NCBI GenBank assembly: GCA_963974065.1
Contig: CAXBCI010000016.1
Coordinates: 2,421-66,420, forward strand
Length of the DNA stretch: 64,000 bases
DNA from: an uncultured Hyphomicrobiales bacterium
GTDB taxonomy: Bacteria > Pseudomonadota > Alphaproteobacteria > Rhizobiales > GCA-2746425
Direction of reading: 5' to 3'
Part shown: one piece after another, positions 18,051 to 29,053 of the stretch
Layout: each line of letters starts with the position of its first letter
How positions within the stretch are numbered: position 1 is the first letter of the stretch
Notes under the pieces: generated by a model
Told to the model about the DNA's origin: nothing
Databases searched by the model: none
Seen by the model: only the letters and a program-made list of their open reading frames with translations
Made by a program: the position numbers and the translations under genes

Positions 18051-19076
18051 TCAGGCCTCCCAGCCAACAGTCGCGAGCAGGCTGGCAAGTTCGGCTCTCA
18101 CAGCTGCCTCGTCGAGAGTGACGGGTGTTTTGCGGGCTGCGAGCGCCGCATTGGCGCGCGCAAGCGCCAATCCGTCAAGCGCCGGCACATTAGCCGCCAC
18201 ATCCTGCATTTCATCCATCAGCCCGTTGCAGTGCAGAACCACGTCGCAGCCGGCGCTGATGGCGCTTGCGACACGCTGTGGCATCGCCGATTGCAGTGCT
18301 CCCATCGAAATGTCATCCGACATCAACAGACCTTGAAAGCCGATCTGCTGCCGAATTACAGTTTCGATGACTGCCGCTGACAGGGTCGCCGGATTATCCG
18401 GATCAACCGCTTCATAAACAACATGTGCCGTCATCCCCAGAGGGAAGCCTGCAAGCGGCCGGAAGGCTGCAAAATCATGGCCGGATAACGCTGCCAGATC
18501 AGCGGCGACTCTCGGTAATTCCAGATGGCTGTCGACCACAGCCCGGCCGTGACCGGGAAGATGCTTGATGACCGGGAGCACACCTGCGGAGATCAGCCCT
18601 TGGGCAGCTGCGGCACCAAGCCGGGACACAACTTCAGGATTGTCCGCATAGGCCCTGTCGCCAATGGCCTTGGTGGTGTCGGAGACCGGGACATCGAGGA
18701 CCGGAAGGCAATCCACATTTATGCCAAGGCGCAGCAAATCAGTTCCGATCAACAATCCACCGAGCATTGCGGCGCGGCAACCCTTTTCAGGGTCCGCTTG
18801 TTCCAAACGGCCAAACATTGCGCCTGGCGGATAGGCAGACCAAAGCGGCGGCTTCAAGCGCTGGACCCGGCCACCCTCCTGATCAATCAGGACCGGCGCG
18901 TCGTGCCGCCCGACACAGTCACGGAACGAGGCAACAAGCCGCGCCACTTGGTCCGGAGATTCGATGTTTCGACCGAATAGGATGAACCCCCAGGGATTTG
19001 CATCGCTGAGGAACTGTCTTTCACTGGCAGTAAGTATAAGGCCTTCGCAGCCGCTGATAAATGCTGAAACTGTCAT
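18051..19076 (-). CDS. nagZ: Beta-N-acetylhexosaminidase NagZ
   Basis: 341 aa GH3 family with IDQEGGRVQRL and KHLPGHG motifs. Confidence 0.9.
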   Translation of the reverse strand: MTVSAFISGCEGLILTASERQFLSDANPWGFILFGRNIESPDQVARLVASFRDCVGRHDAPVLIDQEGGRVQRLKPPLWSAYPPGAMFGRLEQADPEKGCRAAMLGGLLIGTDLLRLGINVDCLPVLDVPVSDTTKAIGDRAYADNPEVVSRLGAAAAQGLISAGVLPVIKHLPGHGRAVVDSHLELPRVAADLAALSGHDFAAFRPLAGFPLGMTAHVVYEAVDPDNPATLSAAVIETVIRQQIGFQGLLMSDDISMGALQSAMPQRVASAISAGCDVVLHCNGLMDEMQDVAANVPALDGLALARANAALAARKTPVTLDEAAVRAELASLLATVGWEA

Positions 19077-19167
19077 AGAACGTGGTTAGTGCGACGTTTT
19101 CGCTTCGTCAAGCCAACCACGCTGCGCCATAGCACCGAACAGCCCGCAATATGCAACAAAGGATGGA

Positions 19168-21489
19168 TCAGCGGCGCGCCACAATGCAATCGCCACCGGC
19201 ATTTTTAAGGCTCTGGCAGAAATCATTTGCGGCAAGCCGGGTTTCCATCGGCCCGACTCGGACCCTGTAGAAAACACCGCGCGAACCCAGATCAGCTCTT
19301 ACAATATCAGGCGACTGGTCACCCAGCACTGTCGGGAAACGGCGTTGCAGACCGGTGAAAGCTGAGCGCGCGGCTTCTTCGGAACGCTGTGAGGACACCT
19401 GCACAACAAAATCGCCCGAAGCAGCGGGAGTCGTAGGCTGGCTGGATGGCTCTTGTAATGCCACCACAGTGTCAGATGTCGGCACACGGGCTGGAACCGT
19501 GTTCGCAGAAGGCTGTACGGTTGGTGCACTTTCGTTGAAAGCCGGTCCAGGTGTACCAACGGACACACGCGGCGATAACGGAAGCGCAGCTCTGCCTTCA
19601 TTAGCAGTTGCCACCTGTGTCTGAAATTCGTTTATTACGTCCGCGCGATCGCCTGGGCGCGGCCTTGGAACGGGAATGCCTGCGGTGTTCGCGTTGTCCC
19701 CTGAGGTCGCTGGTTCGCCGCTTCCTGAAATCGGCTGCGTTGTAACGCTGCGCGGCTGAATCGCATTTGAGTTGCTGTCGGTCACAGGTGCAGGTTCGGC
19801 GACAATGCTGCCGTCCGGATTGACCTTGAAAGTTCGGACGCTTCGGGGCGCTATGCCGTCGTTTCTGGAACCATTGTCGTCAACACCAACCTGCCTGACC
19901 TGGCGGTCCTGATCAATGTTCGGATTGATCCGTGCAATCGGTGTTTCAGCGCCAGGCTGCATCACACCGTCAGCCGCGTTGCTTTCGTCGGTTAATGCAA
20001 TGTCACCGTTGCTATTGGTTTCAGCCGCTTGCCCATCGGGTAACATTCTGACGGGACTCTTATCAGCCAGAACCAGTGGTGGGGGGCCGCCATCATCGCT
20101 GGAAAAAATCGCCTGATAAGCGAGCAATGCGCCGCCTCCGAGCAGAACAAACGCCAGAACTCCGGCTGCCACCACCATGCCACGGCTGGCAAACAGGCCA
20201 CCCTCGCGGTCATCATAGTCTTCATACAGGATATCAGCTTCTTCTGCCGGATCATCAGCGTCCGCATATGTTCCGGCGTCCAGATCGTCCTCTTCTTCGT
20301 ATTGTTGGGTAGGGATTTCCCGGGCCGGGACGCGCAAATCCTCAACTTCCCTGAGATAGGAGAAATCAGGCTGCGGTGTGGGCTCGTACTTCAACTCCGG
20401 CTCCTGGTGAATTTCGGCAGAGTGAGCAGCCATCTCCGGCTGCTGGGGTGCGATTGCCGGACGGGTTGGAGGTGAATAACTGCCAGGCTCGGTTGCATCG
20501 GCCTCTACCTGCCGTGCCTGATCGTCGGCGTCGACATAGCGCATCAATTCCGCAGTGAGCGGGTTGGGCTGCGCTGCAGCTGCTTCGTGGGCGCGTGCGC
20601 GTGGCAGTTCGGGACGGCTCGGCGGCTCCAGCGGTTCCGCTGCCGTCTGATCAGGGCTGGCCTGGCCGTGAAGGCCGGCCATTTGTGAACGATCATCCGA
20701 ACCCGTTGGCCGGATGGCGCGCGGAATGCGGGAGACATCGAAATCGCGTTCCGGCAACGGTCGCGATGAGCCGCCTGGTGCAAACGGATCGAATTGTTGA
20801 TCATCAGATGTCGAAAGCGCGGCGGTGGAATCACGGCGCGGCAGAGGCGGCCTATCCAGTTCGACAACTGGTGGGGGATTATCCTGCAATTCGGTGCTTT
20901 GCGCCGACAGGTCACTGGCCGGGAGAACCTGCTCCTGGCGCGGTTCCGATCTGCGGGATTCCATGCTGGCTGATGGTGGACGTGCGCTCACAGCAGCTGC
21001 TGCGGTGGCCGGTCCCGGCGGGCGGGCAACAGGTGGCGGCGTTTGTGTTGGCTGGCCATCACGGTCTTGCGATCTCTGATTTTCCCGATGTTGCTCCGGC
21101 GAACTTTGTAACTGCTCCGGCTGCTGTCCTGATGATTGGGATCGCATCCGCGAGTCCTGGCGCGCCACACCCTGCCCGCCTTGCTGCATCTCATCGCTCT
21201 GGGGCTTTTGTAATGGCACTGCGGGTTCCGCGCCCGGGCGCTGCGCAGCCGCCTCGAAATTACGCTCGTTCTGCTCCATCAACCGAGCCAATTTGATCAG
21301 TGGATCGTCGTCATCGGCTACTGATGATGATCGCATTGACCAGTCATCATTCTCCCACGATTCATCCGGAGCTGAACCACGGCTTTGCGGCGCAGCAGTT
21401 TTCTCTTCGGAATCTGTTCCGGAATCAGGATCATCTGCGGAATTGGCAGCTTGTCCCGGCTTGTTTTTGTCGTACTCGTACTCGGACAT
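19168..21489 (-). CDS. SPOR domain-containing protein (773 aa, largely low-complexity)
   Basis: Acidic N-terminus with DDPLIKLARLMEQ, one TM segment (VVAAGVLAFVLLGGGALLAY), long Pro/Gln/Ser-rich regions and a C-terminal SPOR fold (FVVQVSSQRSEEAARSAF...VFYRVRVGP). Confidence 0.8.
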   Translation of the reverse strand: MSEYEYDKNKPGQAANSADDPDSGTDSEEKTAAPQSRGSAPDESWENDDWSMRSSSVADDDDPLIKLARLMEQNERNFEAAAQRPGAEPAVPLQKPQSDEMQQGGQGVARQDSRMRSQSSGQQPEQLQSSPEQHRENQRSQDRDGQPTQTPPPVARPPGPATAAAAVSARPPSASMESRRSEPRQEQVLPASDLSAQSTELQDNPPPVVELDRPPLPRRDSTAALSTSDDQQFDPFAPGGSSRPLPERDFDVSRIPRAIRPTGSDDRSQMAGLHGQASPDQTAAEPLEPPSRPELPRARAHEAAAAQPNPLTAELMRYVDADDQARQVEADATEPGSYSPPTRPAIAPQQPEMAAHSAEIHQEPELKYEPTPQPDFSYLREVEDLRVPAREIPTQQYEEEDDLDAGTYADADDPAEEADILYEDYDDREGGLFASRGMVVAAGVLAFVLLGGGALLAYQAIFSSDDGGPPPLVLADKSPVRMLPDGQAAETNSNGDIALTDESNAADGVMQPGAETPIARINPNIDQDRQVRQVGVDDNGSRNDGIAPRSVRTFKVNPDGSIVAEPAPVTDSNSNAIQPRSVTTQPISGSGEPATSGDNANTAGIPVPRPRPGDRADVINEFQTQVATANEGRAALPLSPRVSVGTPGPAFNESAPTVQPSANTVPARVPTSDTVVALQEPSSQPTTPAASGDFVVQVSSQRSEEAARSAFTGLQRRFPTVLGDQSPDIVRADLGSRGVFYRVRVGPMETRLAANDFCQSLKNAGGDCIVARR

Positions 21490-21563
21490 AACAAGTCGTC
21501 TCTTTCGTTAACCAAGTTAATCGACGCAAGATCATGTCCAGCGGCGAAAAACTATCATCTATG

Positions 21564-23339
21564 CTAACGCAATTCCTCCCGCGCATCTACTCCCAGCAGG
21601 TTCAAGCCGGAGCGCAGGACAATTTGCACAGCCAAAACAAGAGCTAAGCGTGCTCTCGTCAATTTTTCATTATCATCTTTAATAAATCGTAATTGGGGCA
21701 AATCTTTGCCTTTGTTCCAGTGCCCGTGGAAGGCGCTCGCCAGGTCATTCAGATAGAATGCAATGCGATGCGGTTCGTAAGATATAACTGCCGCCTCGAT
21801 GATGCGCGGGTACTCCGCGAGTTTGCGCATCAGTAGCAGTTCACTGGGGTCGGCCAGCAGCGAAAGATCTACCGTATCCAGATTTTTCGAAATATTTTCA
21901 TCAAAAGTTTCAATAGCTTGGTTGAAAGTAGAATGTGTTCTGGCGTGAGCATACTGGACGTAGAAAACCGGATTGTCCTTTGACTGTTCGAGCACTTTTG
22001 TGAAGTCAAAATCCAACGTCGCGTCATTTTTACGATACAGCATTATGAACCGGGTGACGTCGCGGCCGACCTCTTCTACCACATCGGCCAGGGAAACAAG
22101 ATTTCCCGAGCGCTTCGACATTTTAACCGGCTGACCGTCGCGAAACAGGTTCACCAACTGACAGAATCGGATGTCCAGCGACGCATTTTCATCAGATATT
22201 GCCCGCACTGCAGCTGTCATGCGCTTCAGATAACCCTGGTGATCTGCACCCAGAACATCGACCATCCGGTTGAAGCCGCGCTTATATTTGTCGAAATGAT
22301 AGGCAATGTCAGATGCAAAATAGGTGTAGCTGCCATCTGATTTGAGAAGCGCTCTATCCACATCGTCACCATAGAGAGTGGATCTGAACAGGGTTTGCTC
22401 GCGATCTTCCCAATCATCGGGCAGTTTGCCTTTCGGCGGCGGCAGTGTGCCCTGATAGATCAGGTCTCGTGCCTCAAGATCCGCGATCATCTCGGCAACC
22501 CGGTCATCGCCCTCGCTGGTCAGCGATTGTTCCGAAAAGAAGACATCATGCGCGACGCCGAGTTTTTCCAGATCAGCGCGGATCAACTGCATCATCGCGG
22601 CAATGGCAGCGGCCCTGACGATCGGCAACCATTCTGCTTCCGCCATATCACGAAGGCTTGTGCCGTGGGTGATCTTCAATTGCTCACCAAGGGGGATCAG
22701 ATAATCACCCGGATACAATCCCTCAGGAATGGCACCAATATCCTCACCCAGCGCCTCGCGGTATCGTAAAAAGGCGGAGCGGGCCAGGACATCCACCTGG
22801 GCACCGGCATCGTTGATGTAATATTCCTTTGTCACATCAAAGCCCGCAAAGCTCAGCAGGGTCGCGAGCGCGTCGCCGAACACGGCGCCGCGGCAATGGC
22901 CCACATGCATTGGTCCGGTTGGGTTGGCGGAGACATATTCCACATTGATTTTTGCGCCTTGCCCCAGATCGGGCCGACCGAATTCCGATTTGCAGCGCAC
23001 AATATCGGCGACAACCGACTGCCACACATCGGGCTGCAGGGTGATGTTTATGAAACCGGGACCTGCAATACTGACCGACTGAATTTTCAGATCGGCGGCA
23101 TGATCTGACAGCAATCCTGTAATGATTTCAGCAATCTGCCGAGGATTTTTGCCCAATCCCTTGGCCAGCACCATTGCGGCGTTGGTCGCCAGATCACCGT
23201 GAGAGGCATCTCGGGGCGGTTCAACCACGATCCGGTCCATGGGAAGCTTTGCCCGTGTATCGGCATCGGCGCCAGACAGCAGGTCGGAGCCCTCAATCAA
23301 GGGGATTAGCTTTTCGGCAAAGTCTGCGTAAATGTTCAT
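21564..23339 (-). CDS. argS: Arginine--tRNA ligase
   Basis: Trimmed to the ATG at 23339 ([10 protein letters not shown]...), 591 aa. Class I motifs ([12 protein letters not shown]; KMSKRSG). The longer ORF would overlap dgt. Confidence 0.95.
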   Translation of the reverse strand: MNIYADFAEKLIPLIEGSDLLSGADADTRAKLPMDRIVVEPPRDASHGDLATNAAMVLAKGLGKNPRQIAEIITGLLSDHAADLKIQSVSIAGPGFINITLQPDVWQSVVADIVRCKSEFGRPDLGQGAKINVEYVSANPTGPMHVGHCRGAVFGDALATLLSFAGFDVTKEYYINDAGAQVDVLARSAFLRYREALGEDIGAIPEGLYPGDYLIPLGEQLKITHGTSLRDMAEAEWLPIVRAAAIAAMMQLIRADLEKLGVAHDVFFSEQSLTSEGDDRVAEMIADLEARDLIYQGTLPPPKGKLPDDWEDREQTLFRSTLYGDDVDRALLKSDGSYTYFASDIAYHFDKYKRGFNRMVDVLGADHQGYLKRMTAAVRAISDENASLDIRFCQLVNLFRDGQPVKMSKRSGNLVSLADVVEEVGRDVTRFIMLYRKNDATLDFDFTKVLEQSKDNPVFYVQYAHARTHSTFNQAIETFDENISKNLDTVDLSLLADPSELLLMRKLAEYPRIIEAAVISYEPHRIAFYLNDLASAFHGHWNKGKDLPQLRFIKDDNEKLTRARLALVLAVQIVLRSGLNLLGVDAREELR

Positions 23340-23436
23340 AGCTATCTGTTTTGAAGCGTTGCGATTGCCTGCCATTGCCGAAATGGCCGCAATGGAGCGA
23401 TATGTGCGCTGCACGTAACGGTTTTTCCTGATCCGG

Positions 23437-24687
23437 TCAAACCGGGCGGTCCATATGAAACCCGCTGTGTAGTCCACAAAGTCTGCGATGCTCCTGACTG
23501 GCAAATGAATCCGTCATTCCAGCAATATAATCGGCGACCATCCGGGCCTTTTTGTGCGCGTCGACGAGACCCGGACCGGGAGCGAACTGGTGCCGCCATG
23601 GCAGCGGGATTTCCTCAATAGTGTCCATGTAGACAGCGAAAAGGTCTTTCACAATTTTTTCCGCAGCCCCCATTCTCTGCATCAAGGATGGATGGCGGTA
23701 GAGGCTGTGAAACAGGAACTCCTTGAGTTCCTTTTCTTCGAGGCTGAATGGCGCAGAAAAACACAAGAGTGGGCGGCTTGCCGCCCTTACAGCATCCGCT
23801 GAAGCGGGCTGGAAAGTCCGCAACCGGTGCTGTGTTTCACCGATAACGTCCTCGACCATGATTGTAATCAGCCGCCGTGACAATTCGTGCCCCGTGCGTT
23901 CAGCATCCAGGCCAGCAAATTCATCAGCAATGCCGTCCAGAAGCCTGCGCAGCAGCGGCACTTGCCGCAATTGCGGCAGGGTCAGCAGTCCGGAGCGCAG
24001 ACCATCATCAATATCGTGGGTGTCATAAGCAATATCGTCCGAAATCGCGGCAGCCTGCGCTTCAAGACTGGCATACCCGTCGAGCTTTAGGTCCAGGCTG
24101 GGCAACAAATGCTGAATTCTGCCAGCCAATGGATCTGCAACCGGCCCATTGTGCTTTGCCAGGCCTTCCAAAGTCTCCCAGCTGAGATTCAGCCCATCGA
24201 AACGCGGATAGCGCCGCTCCATTTTACTGACCACGCGCAGGCTTTGAAGATTATGGTCAAATCCGCCAAAATCCGCCGTCGCCGCATCCAAAGCGCGCTC
24301 GCCAGCATGGCCAAACGGTGTGTGGCCAAAATCATGCGCCAGTGCCAATGCTTCCGTAAGGTCTTCATCCAGGCGAAACGCGCGGGCAATTGACCGGGCG
24401 ATCTGGGCCACTTCAATGGAATGGGTCAGGCGCGTGCGATAATGGTCGCCTTCGTCGGAAATGAAGACCTGGGTTTTGTGTTTCAGGCGGCGAAACGCGT
24501 TGGAATGGATGATCCTGTCGCGATCGCGCTGATACACGGTGCGCGTCGGGCTTTCCGGCTCGGGAAAAACCCGTCCGGCGGTTTTGGCAGGGTCAACGGC
24601 AAAGTCAGCTCTGTCGGTGAATCCAAAGCCAATGCGAGAGACATCCAATTCATCTGTCCCCATGATACTGTTCTGCCAATCCCTCAA
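23437..24687 (-). CDS. dgt: Deoxyguanosinetriphosphate triphosphohydrolase-like protein
   Basis: 416 aa. [24 protein letters not shown] and HD-domain motifs [13 protein letters not shown] and [10 protein letters not shown]. Confidence 0.9.
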   Translation of the reverse strand: MRDWQNSIMGTDELDVSRIGFGFTDRADFAVDPAKTAGRVFPEPESPTRTVYQRDRDRIIHSNAFRRLKHKTQVFISDEGDHYRTRLTHSIEVAQIARSIARAFRLDEDLTEALALAHDFGHTPFGHAGERALDAATADFGGFDHNLQSLRVVSKMERRYPRFDGLNLSWETLEGLAKHNGPVADPLAGRIQHLLPSLDLKLDGYASLEAQAAAISDDIAYDTHDIDDGLRSGLLTLPQLRQVPLLRRLLDGIADEFAGLDAERTGHELSRRLITIMVEDVIGETQHRLRTFQPASADAVRAASRPLLCFSAPFSLEEKELKEFLFHSLYRHPSLMQRMGAAEKIVKDLFAVYMDTIEEIPLPWRHQFAPGPGLVDAHKKARMVADYIAGMTDSFASQEHRRLCGLHSGFHMDRPV

Positions 24688-24783
24688 AACTATTACAAAA
24701 ACCGAAGGTCAGGTTTGACTTGCAGCGATCGCACGCCTACCTCTTGGTTCTATAGCAGATGTTCCGCAAAAAGGTGGATCAAG

Positions 24784-25152
24784 ATGATCAATGCCGTTCA
24801 ACAATCAACACCGCCTGCAAGCCCAGCCATACAGGTAACGGTGACAGAGCGTGCAGCCACGCGCGTTGCAAAGATCCTGGCCGGTGAGACGGCCGGTAAA
24901 GCCCTGCGCATTAGCGTTGATGGCGGCGGCTGCTCAGGGTTCTCTTACAAATATGATCTGGTCGACACCGCGCTGGAAGATGATCTGGTGTTGCGCCGTG
25001 ATGGGGCAACCATTCTGATCGACCCGATCTCGCTGCCGTTTCTGGAAGGCTCGGAGATTGATTTTGTCGATGACCTGATGGGCCAGTCTTTCCAGATACG
25101 TAACCCGAACGCCACCGCATCATGTGGTTGCGGTACCTCTTTTTCGATTTGA
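24784..25152 (+). CDS. erpA: Iron-sulfur cluster insertion protein ErpA (HesB/IscA family)
   Basis: Trimmed to the ATG at 24784, 122 aa. LRISVDGGGCSGFSY and C-terminal CGCGTSFSI motifs. Confidence 0.9.
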   Translation: MINAVQQSTPPASPAIQVTVTERAATRVAKILAGETAGKALRISVDGGGCSGFSYKYDLVDTALEDDLVLRRDGATILIDPISLPFLEGSEIDFVDDLMGQSFQIRNPNATASCGCGTSFSI

Positions 25153-25158
25153 ATCCCC

Positions 25159-25932
25159 ATGAAGATTGCGACCTGGAACATAAATGGCATCAAGGCGCGC
25201 CTTGACACCGTGCAGGCATGGTTGAAAGAGACGCAGCCCGATCTGGTGGCATTTCAGGAAATCAAATCGGTCGACGACAATTTTCCGCGCAGCATCTTCG
25301 AAGACCTTGGCTATGAGGTTCACACCCATGGCCAGAAAGGTTTTAATGGCGTCGCATTGCTGTCGAAAGTGCCGCTCGAAGATGTGCAGCGTGGACTGCC
25401 GGGAGATGACGCGGACGACCATGCGCGCTTCATAACTGCACTTGTGGCTGTTGATGATACAATGATCCGGGTGGCATCACTTTACCTGCCCAACGGCAAT
25501 CCGGTGGATACTGGGAAGTTTCCCTACAAGCTGGCCTGGATGGATCGTCTCCAGCGCTGGACTGAAGGCAGGCTGGAATTGGAGGAAGATTTCATTCTGG
25601 CGGGGGATTACAATGTTATTCCTCAATCGATTGACTGTCATGATCCTGATGTCTGGGAAGGCGACGCGCTGTTCCGACCGGAAAGCCGGTCAGCATTTTT
25701 CAGATTGCAGAATCTGGGGTTGACCGATGCGGTGCGGCAGACCAATCGCGACCAGGTCTTTACGTTTTGGGATTATCAGGCCGGTGCCTGGCAGAAAAAC
25801 AATGGCATCCGGATTGACCATCTGATGTTGTCTCCGGGAATCGCTGACCGGCTGCAGGAATGCCAGATCGATAAATTTGTCCGCGCCTGGGAAAAACCTT
25901 CCGATCATGTTCCCGTCTGGATCACAATCTAG
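25159..25932 (+). CDS. xthA: Exodeoxyribonuclease III
   Basis: 257 aa. MKIATWNINGIKARL, FQEIK and C-terminal SDHVPV motifs. Confidence 0.95.
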   Translation: MKIATWNINGIKARLDTVQAWLKETQPDLVAFQEIKSVDDNFPRSIFEDLGYEVHTHGQKGFNGVALLSKVPLEDVQRGLPGDDADDHARFITALVAVDDTMIRVASLYLPNGNPVDTGKFPYKLAWMDRLQRWTEGRLELEEDFILAGDYNVIPQSIDCHDPDVWEGDALFRPESRSAFFRLQNLGLTDAVRQTNRDQVFTFWDYQAGAWQKNNGIRIDHLMLSPGIADRLQECQIDKFVRAWEKPSDHVPVWITI

Positions 25933-26010
25933 GGCTTATTCAAGATTGTCCGCAGCGTCTTTTGACATGGCTTTCAACAACAGCAGTGGAAAATACCTGG
26001 CGCGCGGTGC

Positions 26011-27006
26011 CTATTTGCCGGGCTCTGTTTCGCTCTGAGACAGAGAGGCATTTGCACCGGCGGCGATGGTCGTGCTGATGGGTTGCAGCGGTTCCAGCGG
26101 AGACACCACGACTGCCGAAGAGCCTGCGACAGAATGAGATGGCATTGGTCCACTGCCTGTAGCAACTGATGCTGTGGCGCTGACTTCAAGAGGTGGATTT
26201 TTCTTCAGCCATTTTTCGGCAAGACGCTCTGCGCTGCGCCGCTCTTTTTCCGTCGCCAGCGCAAACGCTGATTCATGGATCAACCGAATGGCTTCTGCAT
26301 CGGCAGGTGATGAGCGATCGAGCGCTATTATGAGCCATTTCAAACCCCGATTGCGACGCTCTGAAAGGCCTTCGCCGTGAAACAGCATGCGGCCAAGTTC
26401 AGCCTGACCGAGGACATGGCCTTTTTCGGCAGCGAGTTTCAACCACCGCGCGGCCTGACGTGCATTCTTCTCACCGCCCTTGCCTTCCAGATACATTTTC
26501 GCGAGCAGATATTGCGCATTCGGATCGCCAAAATATGAGGCGGCATAGGCGTAGATCTGCCGTGCCTGATATGGGTCCTGACCGACATGTGTGCCGTTGA
26601 TCCCGGTCATGAAGAACCCGCCCAACTCCACAAAAGCATTGGCGACGAAGGGGGCTTCCGGGCTGTTGGGGCTATCTTCCGCATGGGCGTTGGCGATATC
26701 GCTGAAATATTCGAATGCGCGGAGCGGGCTGACTTCGACGCCATCTCCTGCCGCATACATACGACCCAGCTTCCATTGCGCCATGGCGCTGCCCTGACTT
26801 GCTGCAAATTGCAGCGCATCGACAGCGGTTTCCTTGTCTCCAGCGCGATAGGCCTGGAATCCGAGACGGAATGCCTCCATCGGTGTTGCGGCTTCCTCAC
26901 CAGCCAGTTTTGTGACGTCAAAGGCGAGAACAGACGTCGCCGGGAGACAGCCCAGCAGGACAAACGCTACAAATCTGATCCGGATGATTCCGTCAAATAT
27001 CCGCAT
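26011..27006 (-). CDS. Sel1-repeat (TPR-like) secreted protein
   Basis: Trimmed to the ATG at 27006 (MRIFDG..., signal-like [12 protein letters not shown]). Repeated A.W.LG.MY..G.GV units, Ser/Ala/Pro-rich tail. 14-nt overlap with the ilvD stop. Confidence 0.75.
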   Translation of the reverse strand: MRIFDGIIRIRFVAFVLLGCLPATSVLAFDVTKLAGEEAATPMEAFRLGFQAYRAGDKETAVDALQFAASQGSAMAQWKLGRMYAAGDGVEVSPLRAFEYFSDIANAHAEDSPNSPEAPFVANAFVELGGFFMTGINGTHVGQDPYQARQIYAYAASYFGDPNAQYLLAKMYLEGKGGEKNARQAARWLKLAAEKGHVLGQAELGRMLFHGEGLSERRNRGLKWLIIALDRSSPADAEAIRLIHESAFALATEKERRSAERLAEKWLKKNPPLEVSATASVATGSGPMPSHSVAGSSAVVVSPLEPLQPISTTIAAGANASLSQSETEPGK

Positions 27007-28717
27007 AGGTACTCTTCTCAGCTTTCCCGCCCGGATGTGTAATTGCCCCATATCGTGCTGAACCAACGGTTTGCGCATATTTCCAGATAGCACCGCTTGT
27101 TGACGATGTTTCGCGCGGCTGCCATTTCGCCTTGCGGTCTGCCAGTTCCTGATCGCTCAGCCGCACTTCCAGCAAGCCTTCCACAGCGTCGATTTCAATG
27201 ATGTCGCCATCCTGTAACAGGGCGATCGGACCGCCGATGGCAGCCTCGGGACCGACATGGCCGATGCAAAATCCGCGTGTGGCACCGGAGAAGCGGCCAT
27301 CGGTAATCAGAGCCACCTTGTCGCCCATGCCCTGACCGTACAACAACGATGTGGTGGAAAGCATTTCCCGCATGCCGGGACCGCCTTTGGGACCTTCATA
27401 CCGAATGACCAGAATATCGCCTTCCTGATAGGCTTTGTTCTGAACCGCCTCAAAACAGGCTTCTTCTGAATCAAAGCAACGCGCCGGGCCGGTAAATTTC
27501 TGTTTGGCCATGCCTGCCACTTTGACGATTGCGCCATCAGGCGCCAGATTGCCTTTAAGACCGACCACACCACCCGTAGCTGTAATTGGATTGTTGGCTG
27601 GCCGAACCACGTCCTGGGCATCGTTCCAAGTCACTTTTTCCATATTTTCGGCAATGCTGCGGCCGGTCACTGTCAGGCAGTCGCCGTGGAGAAATCCCTG
27701 ATCCAGCAACGTCTTCATCAGCAGCGGAATGCCACCGGCTTCAAACATGTCTTTCGCGACATATTTGCCGCCCGGTTTCAAATCCGCGATATAGGGCGTC
27801 CGCTTGAAAATCTCGGCAACGTCAAACAGATCAAACTCGATGCCGCATTCGTGGGCGATGGCCGGCAGATGCAGGGCTGCATTGGTTGAACCGCCCGAGG
27901 CCGCAACCACAGTCGCGGCATTTTCCAGGGCTTTCCTGGTGACGATGTCGCGCGGACGGATATTGTCCCGCACCAGTTCCATGATCTTTTCGCCAGCAGC
28001 AAAGCAGAACCGGTCGCGCAGTTCGTAAGGGGCCGGCGCGCCGGCTGAATATGGCAGTGCCAGGCCAATGGCTTCAGACACAGTCGCCATTGTATTTGCG
28101 GTAAACTGCGCGCCACAGGCACCAGCTGATGGGCAGGCCACCTGCTCCAGTTCAGTCAGATCGGCATCCGACATATTGCCGACAGAGTGCTGGCCGACCG
28201 CTTCAAAGACATCCTGAACCGTCACCTGTCTTCCGCGATAGGTGCCGGGCAGAATGGACCCGCCATAGATGAAGATCGACGGCACATTCAGCCGCACCAT
28301 GGCCATCATCATGCCGGGAAGCGATTTATCGCAGCCGGCAAGCCCGACAATCGCATCATAGCAATGGCCCCGCATGGTCAGTTCAACGGAATCGGCAATC
28401 ACATCACGCGAAACCAGCGACGCTTTCATGCCCTGGTGCCCCATGGCAATGCCGTCAGTGACAGTAATTGTGGTAAATTCGCGGGGCGTGCCATAGTTGG
28501 CAGCAACGCCCTTTTTCACGACTTGCGCCTGGCGCATCAAGGAAATATTGCAGGGTGCTGCTTCATTCCAACAGGTCGCGACGCCAACAAATGGCTGGTG
28601 AATCTCTTTATCAGACAAACCCATTGCATAATAATATGACCGGTGCGGTGCCCGCGATGGCCCTTCAGTCACATGCCGGCTTGGCAATTTGGATTTATCA
28701 ATTACGCGCGTGTCCAT
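26993..28717 (-). CDS. ilvD: Dihydroxy-acid dehydratase
   Basis: 574 aa IlvD/Edd family with [19 protein letters not shown] and SGAIWKYA motifs. Confidence 0.95.
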   Translation of the reverse strand: MDTRVIDKSKLPSRHVTEGPSRAPHRSYYYAMGLSDKEIHQPFVGVATCWNEAAPCNISLMRQAQVVKKGVAANYGTPREFTTITVTDGIAMGHQGMKASLVSRDVIADSVELTMRGHCYDAIVGLAGCDKSLPGMMMAMVRLNVPSIFIYGGSILPGTYRGRQVTVQDVFEAVGQHSVGNMSDADLTELEQVACPSAGACGAQFTANTMATVSEAIGLALPYSAGAPAPYELRDRFCFAAGEKIMELVRDNIRPRDIVTRKALENAATVVAASGGSTNAALHLPAIAHECGIEFDLFDVAEIFKRTPYIADLKPGGKYVAKDMFEAGGIPLLMKTLLDQGFLHGDCLTVTGRSIAENMEKVTWNDAQDVVRPANNPITATGGVVGLKGNLAPDGAIVKVAGMAKQKFTGPARCFDSEEACFEAVQNKAYQEGDILVIRYEGPKGGPGMREMLSTTSLLYGQGMGDKVALITDGRFSGATRGFCIGHVGPEAAIGGPIALLQDGDIIEIDAVEGLLEVRLSDQELADRKAKWQPRETSSTSGAIWKYAQTVGSARYGAITHPGGKAEKSTYADI

Positions 28718-29053
28718 ACTCTAAACCTAACTCAGTGATTTGCCCCAAATATGTGTAGCGAGGTGTCTGACCGGTCACTTTTCGTGTCCTGAGATCACGA
28801 ATGCGTTACGGAACAGGCCTCGCCGCCTTTCTCCCCATTCTGACCCGGAAGGCGAGTGCAGAACGTTGTCTGATACAGCTTTTGTGGCAGTATCGGGGCA
28901 AAAGGTCTCAAATCAATCGTAACCCAGACGGAGCTTCCTGGCTGTTGCCAAAACGCCACAGAATCGACCGCGCGACACAGCGCGGCAAGCCAGTTGGGCG
29001 CAATACCACCGGACAGTACCGCCGGGCAAAGATGCGGATTTAAGGAATAAGAT

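Noticed and set aside
20595-21296. 233-aa plus-strand ORF, plus several others, inside the SPOR gene
   Set aside because: These are antisense frames left open by the GC-rich, Pro/Gln/Ser-coding low-complexity sequence. The minus-strand product has a TM segment and a SPOR domain.
21564-23504. Over-long N-terminal extensions in the ORF track (argS to 23504, erpA from 24421, cobU to 51863, cbtB to 52656, lipoprotein to 2395, DUF892 from 61443, Sel1 protein to 27093, cobO to 46345)
   Set aside because: The extensions overlap neighbouring genes or precede the point where family similarity, a signal peptide or a good SD begins. I trimmed each to an internal start, as listed in the features.
28718-29053. 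Possible leader, attenuator or terminator structures between valS and ilvD
   Set aside because: I found only short GC stems (CCGCGC...GCGCGG, CTCGCC...GGCGAG) with no adjacent U tracts, no branched-chain-rich leader peptide and no known riboswitch motif.
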